This document shows, one piece after another, positions 1-10,298 of a stretch of 64,000 nucleotides of DNA. Numbering within the stretch: the first letter of the stretch is position 1; each line of letters starts with the position of its first letter. Origin of the DNA: Naegleria gruberi (lineage: Eukaryota); assembly GCA_000004985.1 (NCBI GenBank), contig GG738877.1. One strand, given 5' to 3'. The notes under the pieces were generated by a model that was given only the letters and a program-made list of their open reading frames with translations, was not told where the DNA came from and ran no database searches. The translations under genes and the position numbers were made by a program.

Positions 1-141
1 AGCATATTGAATGAGCGGTTAGTACCACCAGCAAGTTAGTTCCTTCTGTTACCAAAATATTGTAATCTTCAAGAAAAAAAATTTGGTACTTTGTTGCTGA
101 AGTGGATGACTGTTTCATAATGGCCATATATTGTTGTTCCC

Positions 142-516
142 TTAGTGATATGAATCTTCATGGAGATAACCTCTGTACAAATCACCATGTCTTTTAATGA
201 ATTCAACTGAGTTCATTACTAATTTGTATAATGATTTCAAAGTAATAGATTCATGATAAAAGTTTCTCAATTCTTCAAATTGATAGTTAATATATTCATT
301 CCAATCTTCAATTATAAGTCTTTCATCAGTTGTTAGATCAATATTATCATTCATTGGAATTAAGTATTTGTATGTTGAATGATCATTTTCAAACTTCATT
401 ATTTTTCTTCTAATTGAATCATTAATTCCAGATTGCAGTATTGACAGAAACATAAGGAGCATCTTTAGTTTTGAAATTTGAAAATGTTGAATTAGAATCA
501 TCTCCTTCAGAAACAA
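142..516 (-). CDS. C-terminal exon of an F-box-like family protein, third member of the family at 39553-41019 and 41087-42514; the gene probably continues upstream or beyond the window edge
   Basis: 124-aa ORF. Its tail (TDERLIIEDWNEYINYQFEELRNFY) aligns with DENRLIDWAIGEFKEIFEQYFRNV in the 39553 ORF and with the equivalent C-terminal region of the 41087 ORF. No N-terminal F-box part is found in one frame. Confidence 0.35.
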   Translation of the reverse strand: MFLKEMILIQHFQISKLKMLLMFLSILQSGINDSIRRKIMKFENDHSTYKYLIPMNDNIDLTTDERLIIEDWNEYINYQFEELRNFYHESITLKSLYKLVMNSVEFIKRHGDLYRGYLHEDSYH

Positions 517-1361
517 GAATATTCCTTTGATGTTAATTTACAACAATTATTATGTTCAACAAATTAGTACCACTATCTTTAGTATATTTCACAAATTCAT
601 CAACTCCAGAGAATTCATTCAATTTATCAATTAGTGGAAAATCCTCACGCTTTTCAGATGGATATTTGGATCCAAATACATCCGCAAAGTCAAAATACTG
701 TGAGATGTTGTGGATCCTGTTTGGCGGAATCCCCTCTAATTAGTTTTTTACAAATTAAATCATTTATTTTTTCTTGGCTGGATTCAAATTCCTTCTTGAG
801 TGCTTAGGTAAAGGAATTCCTTTAATCTGTGATTTTCTTTCTTCTTTTGGAATTTCATTAATTTTAGGTGTTCTGTTGTTTCTATTGGTTCAGTTAGTTT
901 CTGGTTTTTCAGATTGAGATGAAGATGGAATAGAATTAGAAGAATATGGTTCAGATGAGTAGTTGTTACATTGCAAATTAATAAAAACAAGATTGAGAAC
1001 AAGTAATTATACTAATGGGTATTAAAGCTTAGGGACTGTTTCATCTTTAAGGTGATTCAGCCTTGAGACCTGCTTTAATGGATATAAATCTTTATTAGCA
1101 TTGGCTGTTTCGAATCGAAGAAGCGAGAGCAGAAGCACCTTGTGAACCAACCTTGGCGTTGTTTGAGTCTTTGCCAGGTGATATCTTTTGCTAATTGTTC
1201 TTCTTGTTCTTCTTCGTGTCTTGAACAGGAGGTGAAGGCATAACAGAACTATCAGATGAATTAGGTTATTGTGGTGATAATTTTTGAGCATGGAAAAATA
1301 CTCAACTTATATTTTATTAAGTTTACAATGAAAACAAGTTAATTCTTCACTTCGCTCAGAA

Positions 1362-1637
1362 TTAGACACCAGTGGCTGCTAATCCAACACGTCTTAAATA
1401 TCGTTTCTTGGATTTAGAATTAAGCACCCAATTACCCGCTGTAGCAATAATCACCTCAGAAACTCCCTTAGAAGCCAACTCGGTGGCTGTACCTATACGA
1501 AAGCTATGTCCAGAGACATGATTAGTTCCTACGGACATTGCATTCTTAATAATATATGATAGATCAGTTGTTTCTAAATACAGGTCGTCGAACAAAGAGA
1601 ATAATGGAGAATCTCCAGACTTGAAATGTTTAACCAT
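1362..1637 (-). pseudogene. Tyrosine recombinase (phage-integrase family) C-terminal catalytic fragment
   Basis: 91-aa ORF with HSFRIGTATELASKGVSEVIIATAGNW ... KSKKRYLR, i.e. the HxxR box and the terminal Tyr of Int-family recombinases. It lacks the N-terminal and central catalytic parts and lies outside the inverted-repeat pair. Confidence 0.5.
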
Positions 1638-1754
1638 TATCGAAGTTTACTGTGATAAATGGAATACCTAGGAGTTTTGTTAGACTTCCATCAAGGTTTG
1701 GTAAAAATTCCAGAAGACAAAAAGATTACAGCTTTAGAATTCATAGATCAAGAA

Positions 1755-1975
1755 ACAATTGGATGGATGGACAGGTTCTGATTATTTATATTCCATAAAA
1801 TGGGAGTATGTCAATGCACTAAGCCGCAGCAATAAGCTTGCAGAGTATCGAGTATTGCTTAGAACTTTTGCTGTTAACTAAAAAACTTACCAATTATCAG
1901 ACATTACAAGAAATTTCACAATTAATTACGAAGAACTAGATTGTTTTCTGTTAAAGCAACAATGTATTACTTAAT
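1755..1975 (+). repeat. Inverted-repeat copy A of the DIRS-like element
   Basis: About 93% identical to the reverse complement of 5965-6207. Both copies encode MDGWTGSDYLYSIKWEYVNALSRSNKLAEYRVLLRTFAVN on opposite strands. Confidence 0.8.
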
Positions 1976-2351
1976 TATTAATAAATTTATTTTTAAAAAA
2001 TCCTTGTGTTGAATCTATCGGATAATCCGGATCCAGGATTCACGTTTTTATTGGAATCTTGGATCCAACTGATCCGTGTGGGATTTGGATCAAGGATTTT
2101 CCATCCCCTAGGTGTAGGGAATACTTGTTGTGCATTATGTTGTGGAGGTCTAGTATTAATTAAAAGATTGATTCTGTTTATTGGTTTTATCTTTTTATCT
2201 TTATTCATCATCTCTTTTGGGGTTTTCTTTGGAATGATTGTTTACTATTTTGAAACAGAAGACATTCTAGAATTAGATATAGATTAATAGACTTCCGGAA
2301 AAAGTTTTGCTAAAAGTCGACTTTTTTAAGGTACTTTCACGCTAATTTGCA

Positions 2352-2378
2352 AAAAGGCGCCTAAAAGGTGCCTTTTTT
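2352..2378 (+). other. 10-bp GC-containing hairpin followed by a T-run, inside the retroelement region
   Basis: aaaaggcgcc-taaaa-ggtgcctttttt. The stem has one G.U pair and is followed by T6. It is unusual in otherwise AT-rich non-coding DNA. Confidence 0.3.
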
Positions 2379-5300
2379 ACTAAAAACTACTTGAAACACA
2401 TCCAAAGTTTGTTCAAGAAAATCTTGAGCAACTTTCAAACTGTTTTCAAATAATTCCTCAAAACGTTCAAGTATTTGCTGAAAAAACCCCAAGGGCCTTC
2501 AAACTTCTGAACTCACTCTCTTTCTTAACTATATCCCATCCAAAAAATCCACCAATTCCTTAAGAGATCCAAGGTTTTTGAATGTCACCTGGTAATTGTT
2601 CTATAATGTCCTTTAACTCGGCACTCATAATTGCAGAGTAGAGGTCACCATCAGATTTTTTAAATAGATTAAAAATATTTTTTGCCCATAGTAGATTGCA
2701 TTTTTGTATTTTGGGCGTAAGTTCCTCTATAGTTGAAAATAAAGTTGTGTTTTCCATTCCGTCAATACTACTCAGTGCTGATGCTAACGTGAAAAGAGCC
2801 ATATCAGAGTTGGAGGCTGAATTAGTTGGACAGGAGGCAAAAGAGCTTTGTGATAGGGATCTGGTGAGAATCATAATGTATTTTTTTTTAAGTCTAAAAT
2901 TATTGGTTGCCAAGACTCCAAGTTTGCAATGTCGATAATGGCTGAAAATGCAAAAAATCAAAGAACTGAAGAAGGGAATTCGCTGTGGGTTTAATCAATT
3001 TTTTGAAATTAGGCAACATACAAGACTCCACCAACAGAGTATTTTGTTCAATTCCATACGGTGATTGGGTCAAAGTGCTTACTGGAATGTTATCAAAGAA
3101 TACCACATTTCCATTTAGTTTTACTTTACGAGAGTGGATAGATATAATTGAGATACTAAAAATGTTCGAATTACCTTTCCATTATTGGAAATATTTGACT
3201 ATGCAATCCCCATACGCTCTATTAGCCCTTCATCTACATTTATCCATATCTGAAAACTTGAGTTGTGAACATAATTATTTATTGGGATTAAAACCTGATA
3301 TGTATTGGTTTTCAAGTTGAAAAAATAACAAAACAAGGAGATTTGTTGGATCAGGCATTCACAAACCTATGGAAAAACTCTTTACATATCTTTTTCGGGA
3401 CTGATACTGAAGCTGTGAAATGGTTTGTTCAAAATGACAAGGATAATTTCTTTTCTTGGAACACAACAATCACTTCTTTACGCAAATGTTTACGTTAAGG
3501 TATTGAGAACTGCCTAGAGAAATTTAAAACTATTAAAAACAAATGTGTTACGTTCTGTTACTTATATTGTAGGAAACAACAACGAGATTATGGGCAAAGA
3601 TTAATCAATTCCTTACTACCAATCTTATTTACTGTTTTGCTTGGTGTTGTTGATTTTTGTGCCTTTCAGGGTAATTCTATTATCCTAGATTCTACTGCTT
3701 TTGCTGTAGACACTGGTTTATCAATTGCTAATGCTATACTTTCACTCGCCTCTTCGATAGGGAATGCAGTCCTCCCAATGCAGCAAGTGTTTATAACTCA
3801 ATCGTGAAAGCACTTGTTGATGCTGTTGATTCAGGAGGTGGTTTGTTTACAAAGTTCCCTCCTTCAAGTATTGAAAAAGATTGTCCTTCATAGAGTATAA
3901 TGAAGGGCAATCTTTCTTGGATAATCTACTTTGATACTAGATTACGATAAATTATAGAGGTCTCCAGGTCTTGCTAATAATCTGAAACCAATAATTAAAA
4001 TGGCTGTAGTTAAATTAAATGTGAATTCATCGTGGGAAGCCACGGAATCAATATAATTCTTAATATCATAAGCTGAAACTCCATTTCTTTTTAGTTTCTT
4101 TCTATCAACAATGTAAGTATACCTTAAGTCCTTTCTTTAGTCTAGCAAAACTATTGGGAACATTAAGTTTCCAACCTTCAACGTTGAAGAACGAGAAAGA
4201 ATTGAAGAGCTGGCTTCAAATTGTTTAAATCATACCCTTTCTTATTAACTGAAAGGTAAGCTGCAAAGCATTCTATTGCATAAGGATTAGATCTTGGAAT
4301 ATTGTGAATCACTAAGAACCATTGGAAAGCTCCATAAACTTTGGAATATTTCTGAATGGTTGAATTGGCTAGAGAAATTGATAGGTAATTTCTCATCAGT
4401 AATATAGTTGACCGTTCACTTGAGCTACCAGGAATGTTTGATCTTCGAAGTTGTTGAATAATTCGGTGTACGGATCCACGATAAGCATTCTTCTTGGAAC
4501 CTTTCTTACTTTTAAGGATATCCTTAATAGTATTGGGAACCAATGAGAAGTTGGCCACTCCGGCACTACAAAAGTTCCCTTCGCTCTCTAATTTGATTAG
4601 ATGGAAAAGTGCTTGGGGAATCAGACCTAAAGGAGGCACGCAATAATTCAGTTAGTCTTTCTCCCAGGGTTGACCGAATGCATCGGTTTCCATCCAACTG
4701 TTGTATGTTATTGTCACGGCGAATGGGTCTACTGTATGGTGACCGAATTCTTCTACCAAATCTATCAATTCTTGCGAAGATTTCCAATCTCCTAATCTGC
4801 TTAGTCTGTCTGCAATCTTGTTTTCTCTTGATGGGATGTTGACTACTTTGCTGATGTGCCAATCTTCTTTGATTAAGATTATCCAAATGTCTCTTGCAAT
4901 TTCGGATAAATGACTGAGATAGCCGTAACCTTTTGCTACATAAGATAGAGCTGTAGAGTTGTCCCCTCTTATTTCAATGTGAGTATCTTTGGGAAACAAT
5001 CTCAATCAGCTTGCTTCTTTGAAGAATTGAAATATCGCTATCAATTCTTTCACGTTGAATGATGAATCTATTTCGAACTTGCCTACGACGATAGTTTTTG
5101 AGGAGTGGATTGCAAATCCTTCCAGAGATGCATCTGAATTGATTATTATTGACTCTGGAGCGTCGAGTATTAACCAAGAGCCTTTGGATGATTGGATAAT
5201 TTTTCGTAATACCCTCAAATCTTTGGCAGGGCCTCGATTCACTAGCATACTTCCTTTTGAATCTACTCTTATTGTCATTTGCTTTCTTAAACTATCCAGA

Positions 5301-5964
5301 AATGGTCTGATCGCCGGATCTGCCAGAGATAGAAATTCCATCTTTCCAATAAACTTGGCTATGAATCTTGTTTGTGCTTAAACCGAACGGAAGGCATTGA
5401 AAGTGGTATGTTTTGCCTTCGAAGATGAATCCTAATAGGACTTTGTTGTTTCCTTACTGGAACTTGAAAACAACCTTTCTTTAAATCCAACTTGCATGCC
5501 CACATCCCTTTTCTTATGAATTTCATAACTTTTTGAATGGATTCCATCTTGAGTGAGTCTGTGCTTTTGCCATCGTTTATCTTTCTTAGGTCCAAGATAA
5601 ACCTCTATTCGGCTGAACCTTTCTTTGGGACAACGTTGATAGGATTTAGAACTGGATTTAAAGAATAGGTTATAATTTGGTTTTGTAACATGGAGTCAAT
5701 CTCTCTCCTTATCCATGCTTTCTCTTTCTGAGAGAACTCCTCTGGTGGTAGTTTTTCCATTGGCTGGAATCTGAATCGCTTCAAAACCACCAGAACCGGC
5801 ACCCAATTTAATGGCAATATAATTTAAGTCAGCAATATTCTGGATGAATTCAATAGCTTGAAGCCATTCAACTAAATCAAAAGAGTACCATTTCTCAATC
5901 TTTTACAAACTTGTACAATAATGTGAGATTGGGCTAGTAGTAAAGGATAACCTTTACTTCTAAA

Positions 5965-6207
5965 TTCTTTTGAAGTAATACATTGTTGTTTACACTTGCT
6001 TTAACTGGAAAACAATCTAGTTCTTCGTAATTAATTGTGAAATTTCTTGTAATGTCTGATAATTGGTAAGTTTCTTCGTTGACAGCAAAAGTTCTAAGCA
6101 AAACTCGATACTCTGCAAGCTTATTGCTGCGGCTTAGTGCATTGACATACTCCCATTTTATGGAATATAAATAATCAGAACCTGTCCATCCATCCAATTG
6201 TTTCTTG
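5965..6207 (-). repeat. Inverted-repeat copy B, the terminal repeat next to the RT end of the DIRS-like element
   Basis: Reverse complement matches 1755-1975 (for example caagaaacaattggatggatggacagg ... gcagagtatcgag). It lies immediately 5' of the minus-strand RT fragments. Confidence 0.8.
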
Positions 6208-6904
6208 TTCTTCTTTAATTTCCTCTCTTTGATTCTTTTAATTTGCCTAATTTGACATATCAGTCTAGTGCCTTTTTGTCAAATTGTAAAAAATAATCAC
6301 CTTGTTTCAATATTGTCAGTTCATCATTTAAATTAATATCTTCTGATTCATTAAATTGAGAAAGTATTTGGAAGATAATTGACTTGTTTCTGAGCAAAGT
6401 TGTAATTGTTTTTGTTTGTCAAATCTTCTAGCTCTTGCAACATCACACGAGTACTTATTTGCAAAAGTAAGATGTCATCTTTATCCATAAACATAGATAC
6501 AAGTCTTGATTTCAATTCTTTAACATCTTTACCAATTCCTGAGAATGTTTATTTATTAACGTTTGAAATTGTTCCATTAAAAATTGGAAGTGCAATACAC
6601 AAATGTTTATTCATATGATTTTACATTGAAAAGTGTCGAGAAACATTAATAAGGCAAGCCCGTATTCTTTACCGTACTAAAAGACCATCCAAGATTTAAA
6701 CATTCATTTAGATTTTTTTCAAAATCTAAAGAAAGTGTTTCAGAATTTTTCCTTCTGAAACTTTCATCAAATAGAGTAAACTAGTTTGATAATAATAAGC
6801 ACGTATTCTCTTAATTACTAAATTATAAACATGCCTATCTTATCTCGAATACTTGCTTTTTTTAAATTAATTGTTCAAGAATTTAAGGAATTAGGCGGGA
6901 AAAA

Positions 6905-8246
6905 ATGAGCACAAATACAACAACATGGCAATCATCCACAAATAAACAACAATACAAGCACCTCCATCGATCGGCAACACAGATACAGGTATGTTGTTGT
7001 GTAATTTTCTTATTGTTATAATGAATTAGAGCCAATGGAGAGGTCATAAAACAAGGAAACAGATCACAGATTGGGCAATGAAGGAATTTGAAAATATTGT
7101 GATGGAGATCGAAGGAAAGGATTCGGAAATATCTTGGAATTCATCGAAGTTGCATTCCTTACCAATGCCATCTGTTTCAAATACAAAATTGAGGTAATTT
7201 TCAAAGAATTTAAATATTTGAATTAAAAATCGGAAATTGATAATCAAATAATGTAGTGAGGATGAAAATGATTTGGATAGGATTCTATCAAACTTTGTAA
7301 ATAGGAATGATGCTTCACCTTCATCGTCATCAAATGAACCATCTAATCAACCAATATTCATGAAGAATGCTCAGAAATTATTCGAGGAAAAACTGAAAGA
7401 AGCATTTCAGGAACCCTCGGTTCAAACCCCAGAACCTCAAACTCTAAATACTGGTATGAATACATCCGTAATGAACATTCCTAAAATTACAAAAGAACAG
7501 GAAATTCAAACAGAAACACTCAGAACCTCAATAATATCTAAAGAACCTCTGCAAGCAATAACTCCTCAAAATAGAAGACTTGTGACAGTTTCCACAAACA
7601 CCAGTATTGCATTTGATGGAATTCCAAAAATTCAAGAACAAAAAACTCAAGATTTATCTATTGAAATACCTCTCGAAGATACTTCATCAGTTCAATCACA
7701 AGAAGATTTGTCAGACATGTTAGATGAAAGTGCCATAATGATGTCTAATTTGGACATGCTTAAAAGTTTTGATTTCTCAGAAATGAAGAAATCATCAGAT
7801 AGCACCATTTCAACCCAGGCACCAACCAAATCAAAGGAGCCATTCATGCCTCAACAACCAATTCAATCAAAACAAAATGTTTCAAACGATTTCAGTACAA
7901 CTAGATTGAAACAGAGCCAAGAAATTCCACCATCCAAAAACAACTCTATCCTTTCCAATAATAATACTACCAACAATTCTATCAAGTCCAATTTGACTGC
8001 CTCTGTAAATCAAACCACTCCCTCACCTAGCTCATCACAAACTAGTGAAAAATTGCAACAACAGCAAAAACAAGCCAAACAAGAATTACAACAACAAATG
8101 AACATGCTACGATATGAAATTCAATTGGCTGAGGAAGCCTATTCGAGGAGAAAAAAGGTAAGTTGTCTATTTTCATATTTCGAGATTTGTTTACATTTTC
8201 AATGAATAGGAACTTGTTGAAGAAAGGAAGAGGCACATTAGGTAAA
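6905..8246 (+). CDS. Ser/Gln/Asn-rich hypothetical protein, 4 exons (6905-6988, 7030-7193, 7257-8157, 8211-8246)
   Basis: ATG at 6905 in an aaaaATG context. Intron boundaries are gtatgt..aattag, gtaatt..aatgtag and gtaagt..gaatag, and all keep the frame into the 7273-8205 ORF, whose M is an in-frame TTG. The last short exon gives ELVEERKRHIR*. No recognisable domain. Confidence 0.5.
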
Positions 8247-8345
8247 TAGTAATTGACATGATATCATCATTTAGCACTGCGAGTATAATTCCACAATAAA
8301 CAATACATCTATTTAATCCAAAAGCCAATAATTCCTTATTGTTAT

Positions 8346-8849
8346 TTATTGTTGTGCTGACTTGGCAGCAATATATTCCTCGATTAATGACTTCATACTC
8401 TTCTTTTCTCTCATAGCCTTCAACTTTAATTCGTGCTTTTCCTTCATTGTGAGACGAACGTGTTGTGGTAAATGTTGAGTACCTTCAGGGAACAATTCAG
8501 CGGTGGAGACTGATTTGACTGAAAGTAAAAGTCTACATTTATAAATTAAACCTCTAATTTGTGGAGAGTCCTTATGTACTTGAATTTGATGAACTTTCTT
8601 TAATTTGAGTACCTTTATCGAGTCTTGAACATCTTCGGTTTGATGGAATGGACTTTTTACCAAAGTAATAAAGAACAATCTGCCTCGAGCAACTTCCTCG
8701 GATGCTTGTTGTTGTTGTTCAAAATTGCAAGCAGAAGTGGAGAAGAGACGAGGTGTTGTTGAGAGTGAGTTTAAGAGTGAGCAATTAATGTTTTGTGTTT
8801 TGGTAATATTTCGGACGACGCCGCATGATGATGAGATGAAGCTTTTCAT
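8346..8849 (-). CDS. Mitochondrial ribosomal protein uL30m-like
   Basis: Core ITLVKSPFHQTEDVQDSIKVLKLKKVHQIQVHKDSPQIRGLIYKCRLLLSVKSV matches the bacterial-type L30 signature (ITLvrS...r.tl..LGL+k......+dtP.irGmi.kv..lv.v) preceded by a targeting-like N-terminus. Confidence 0.65.
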   Translation of the reverse strand: MKSFISSSCGVVRNITKTQNINCSLLNSLSTTPRLFSTSACNFEQQQQASEEVARGRLFFITLVKSPFHQTEDVQDSIKVLKLKKVHQIQVHKDSPQIRGLIYKCRLLLSVKSVSTAELFPEGTQHLPQHVRLTMKEKHELKLKAMREKKSMKSLIEEYIAAKSAQQ

Positions 8850-8953
8850 TTTTTTGAATTTGTAAAAGAATAAAAATTTAATTTTATTATTTTCTAGTCT
8901 AATTGCTAAAGAGTAAAAGAATACCTAAATATTATATTCGAATACCTACTTGC

Positions 8954-10087
8954 TTATCTTCTTCTATAATCATGTTGAGATCTACTATAGGAATCAGAGT
9001 GATGTCTATCACGGTAATCATCACGATGATAGGAAGAGGATGACGAAGAATGATGATTGTCAAAGTCTCTTCTATCTCCTCTGTCTCTGTATCCTCCACC
9101 TCCACCATTGTAAGATGATGATCGTCCACCACCTCCAGATGAATATCTATCATCATGACCTCCTCTATTATCCCTTCTATTGTCATGTGAGGAACTTCTA
9201 TTATCGTGTGAATAGTATGAAGATGAGCTACTACTGCTTGGAGCGTAGCTAGCTGGTTCTGAAGGTTGTGGAACTGGTTCATTTTCTGGCCTCTTTCTTT
9301 TCAGTTCATAGTAGTCATTGTAATCATTTCCTTTCATTTGTTTATAGTGATCTCTGTCAGCAATTAATTGTCTCTTGTCATTAAAAGTTCTATTTTCTCT
9401 TAATTCTTTCAATTTTTCTCTAACTTTTTGGAAACCCAAGTGAGCCTTACCAGCAAAGTGATCAGCCAATCTCTGGTCACTTTCATTTACACTCAATAAG
9501 GCACCACAAATTTCACAGACAATAAGTTCTTGTGTATCTCCGATTTTTTGTGTTGGGGCTTTAGCTTCCACAGTTTCCTTTTCCTTCTTTAAACTATCCA
9601 ATCTTTCCATGAGTTTGTGTGCTTCTTCATATTCTCCTTCCGTTGTTAATTCTTCAATTTGTTTTGTTACTTTATCAATTTCCTTCTTGATATTTTGTAA
9701 TTCCAATGGTTCGTTATTCTTATTTAAATCCTTTTTATGTTGTACATCCAATCTCGATTGTGCTTTAGCAATTTTTTCATCGCAATTATCTTGTATTTGT
9801 GCTAATATTTGTTCCAATTTATGTTCATAATCAAAGTTGAGAGTTTTCTTTTCCTCTTCGAATTGTTTTTTAAATTTCGGAGGAACAGGACAACAAAGAA
9901 ATGGACAAGGTCCCAAGTCGAATTTTGTATTTGGAAATAATTTATATGGACACAAGCCTAGTAGATCATATTTACAAACTCTTGGATCGGTAAAATGTTC
10001 AATGATTAAATCCTGTCGATCTCCATTCCTATTTACGCCCATCAATTCGTCCAACAAGGCGGAAAAGTTTCTAGTTGCTGTGATCAT
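8954..10087 (-). CDS. LUC7: LUC7-like U1 snRNP splicing factor with an RS/RD-rich C-terminus
   Basis: N-terminal LLDELMGVNRNGD...FTDPRVCKYDLLGLCP matches LUC7 (LLDQLMG..RDGD..FTD.RVCK..LL..CPH), as does the second zinc finger CEICGALLSVNESDQRLADHFAGKAHLGFQKVREKL. The C-terminus is RDR/SSS/YRDR-rich. Confidence 0.85.
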   Translation of the reverse strand: MITATRNFSALLDELMGVNRNGDRQDLIIEHFTDPRVCKYDLLGLCPYKLFPNTKFDLGPCPFLCCPVPPKFKKQFEEEKKTLNFDYEHKLEQILAQIQDNCDEKIAKAQSRLDVQHKKDLNKNNEPLELQNIKKEIDKVTKQIEELTTEGEYEEAHKLMERLDSLKKEKETVEAKAPTQKIGDTQELIVCEICGALLSVNESDQRLADHFAGKAHLGFQKVREKLKELRENRTFNDKRQLIADRDHYKQMKGNDYNDYYELKRKRPENEPVPQPSEPASYAPSSSSSSSYYSHDNRSSSHDNRRDNRGGHDDRYSSGGGGRSSSYNGGGGGYRDRGDRRDFDNHHSSSSSSYHRDDYRDRHHSDSYSRSQHDYRRR

Positions 10088-10298
10088 TTTTTTTATTAAT
10101 TTTTATTTTGGATTTATTGATATTTGAATGTGTATCGTTGTGTTCTAATAATATTATTATATTTATTGAATCAAAGCAAGATATTGGATATTGTTATCAT
10201 GATGATACCTATTGGTTTAAACACAATGGAACAAGATTACCATAAGAATTATGTAACGGTTCCCGCGCTAAGAGATTCATGAACAAATTGGAAAAAAA

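Larger units (their letters stand above)
1362..6207 (-). mobile_element. Degenerate, frameshifted DIRS-like retroelement (RT-RNaseH-tyrosine recombinase) bounded by inverted repeats; possibly nested or rearranged
   Basis: Minus-strand ORF fragments in order: RT (5359-5817; PINVVPKKGS and KLDLKKGCFQVPV motifs); RNase H (4652-5341; NSDASLEGFAI ... NKIADRLSR); tyrosine-recombinase N-terminal and central region (about 3700-4639, several frames; IGFRLLARPGDLYNL is the conserved Arg region); recombinase C-terminal catalytic fragment (1362-1637; GHSFRIGTATELASKG is an HxxR box, RYLR carries the catalytic Tyr). About 220-bp inverted repeats lie at 1755-1975 and 5965-6207. Confidence 0.5.

Noticed and set aside
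552-743. 63-aa plus-strand ORF
   Set aside because: It lies antisense to the region immediately upstream of the 142-516 family exon and has no motif. It is most likely not coding.
4566-4886. Overlapping minus/plus ORFs (4566-4886, 4609-4842) inside the retroelement
   Set aside because: These are alternative-frame artefacts of the frameshifted RNase H and recombinase region.
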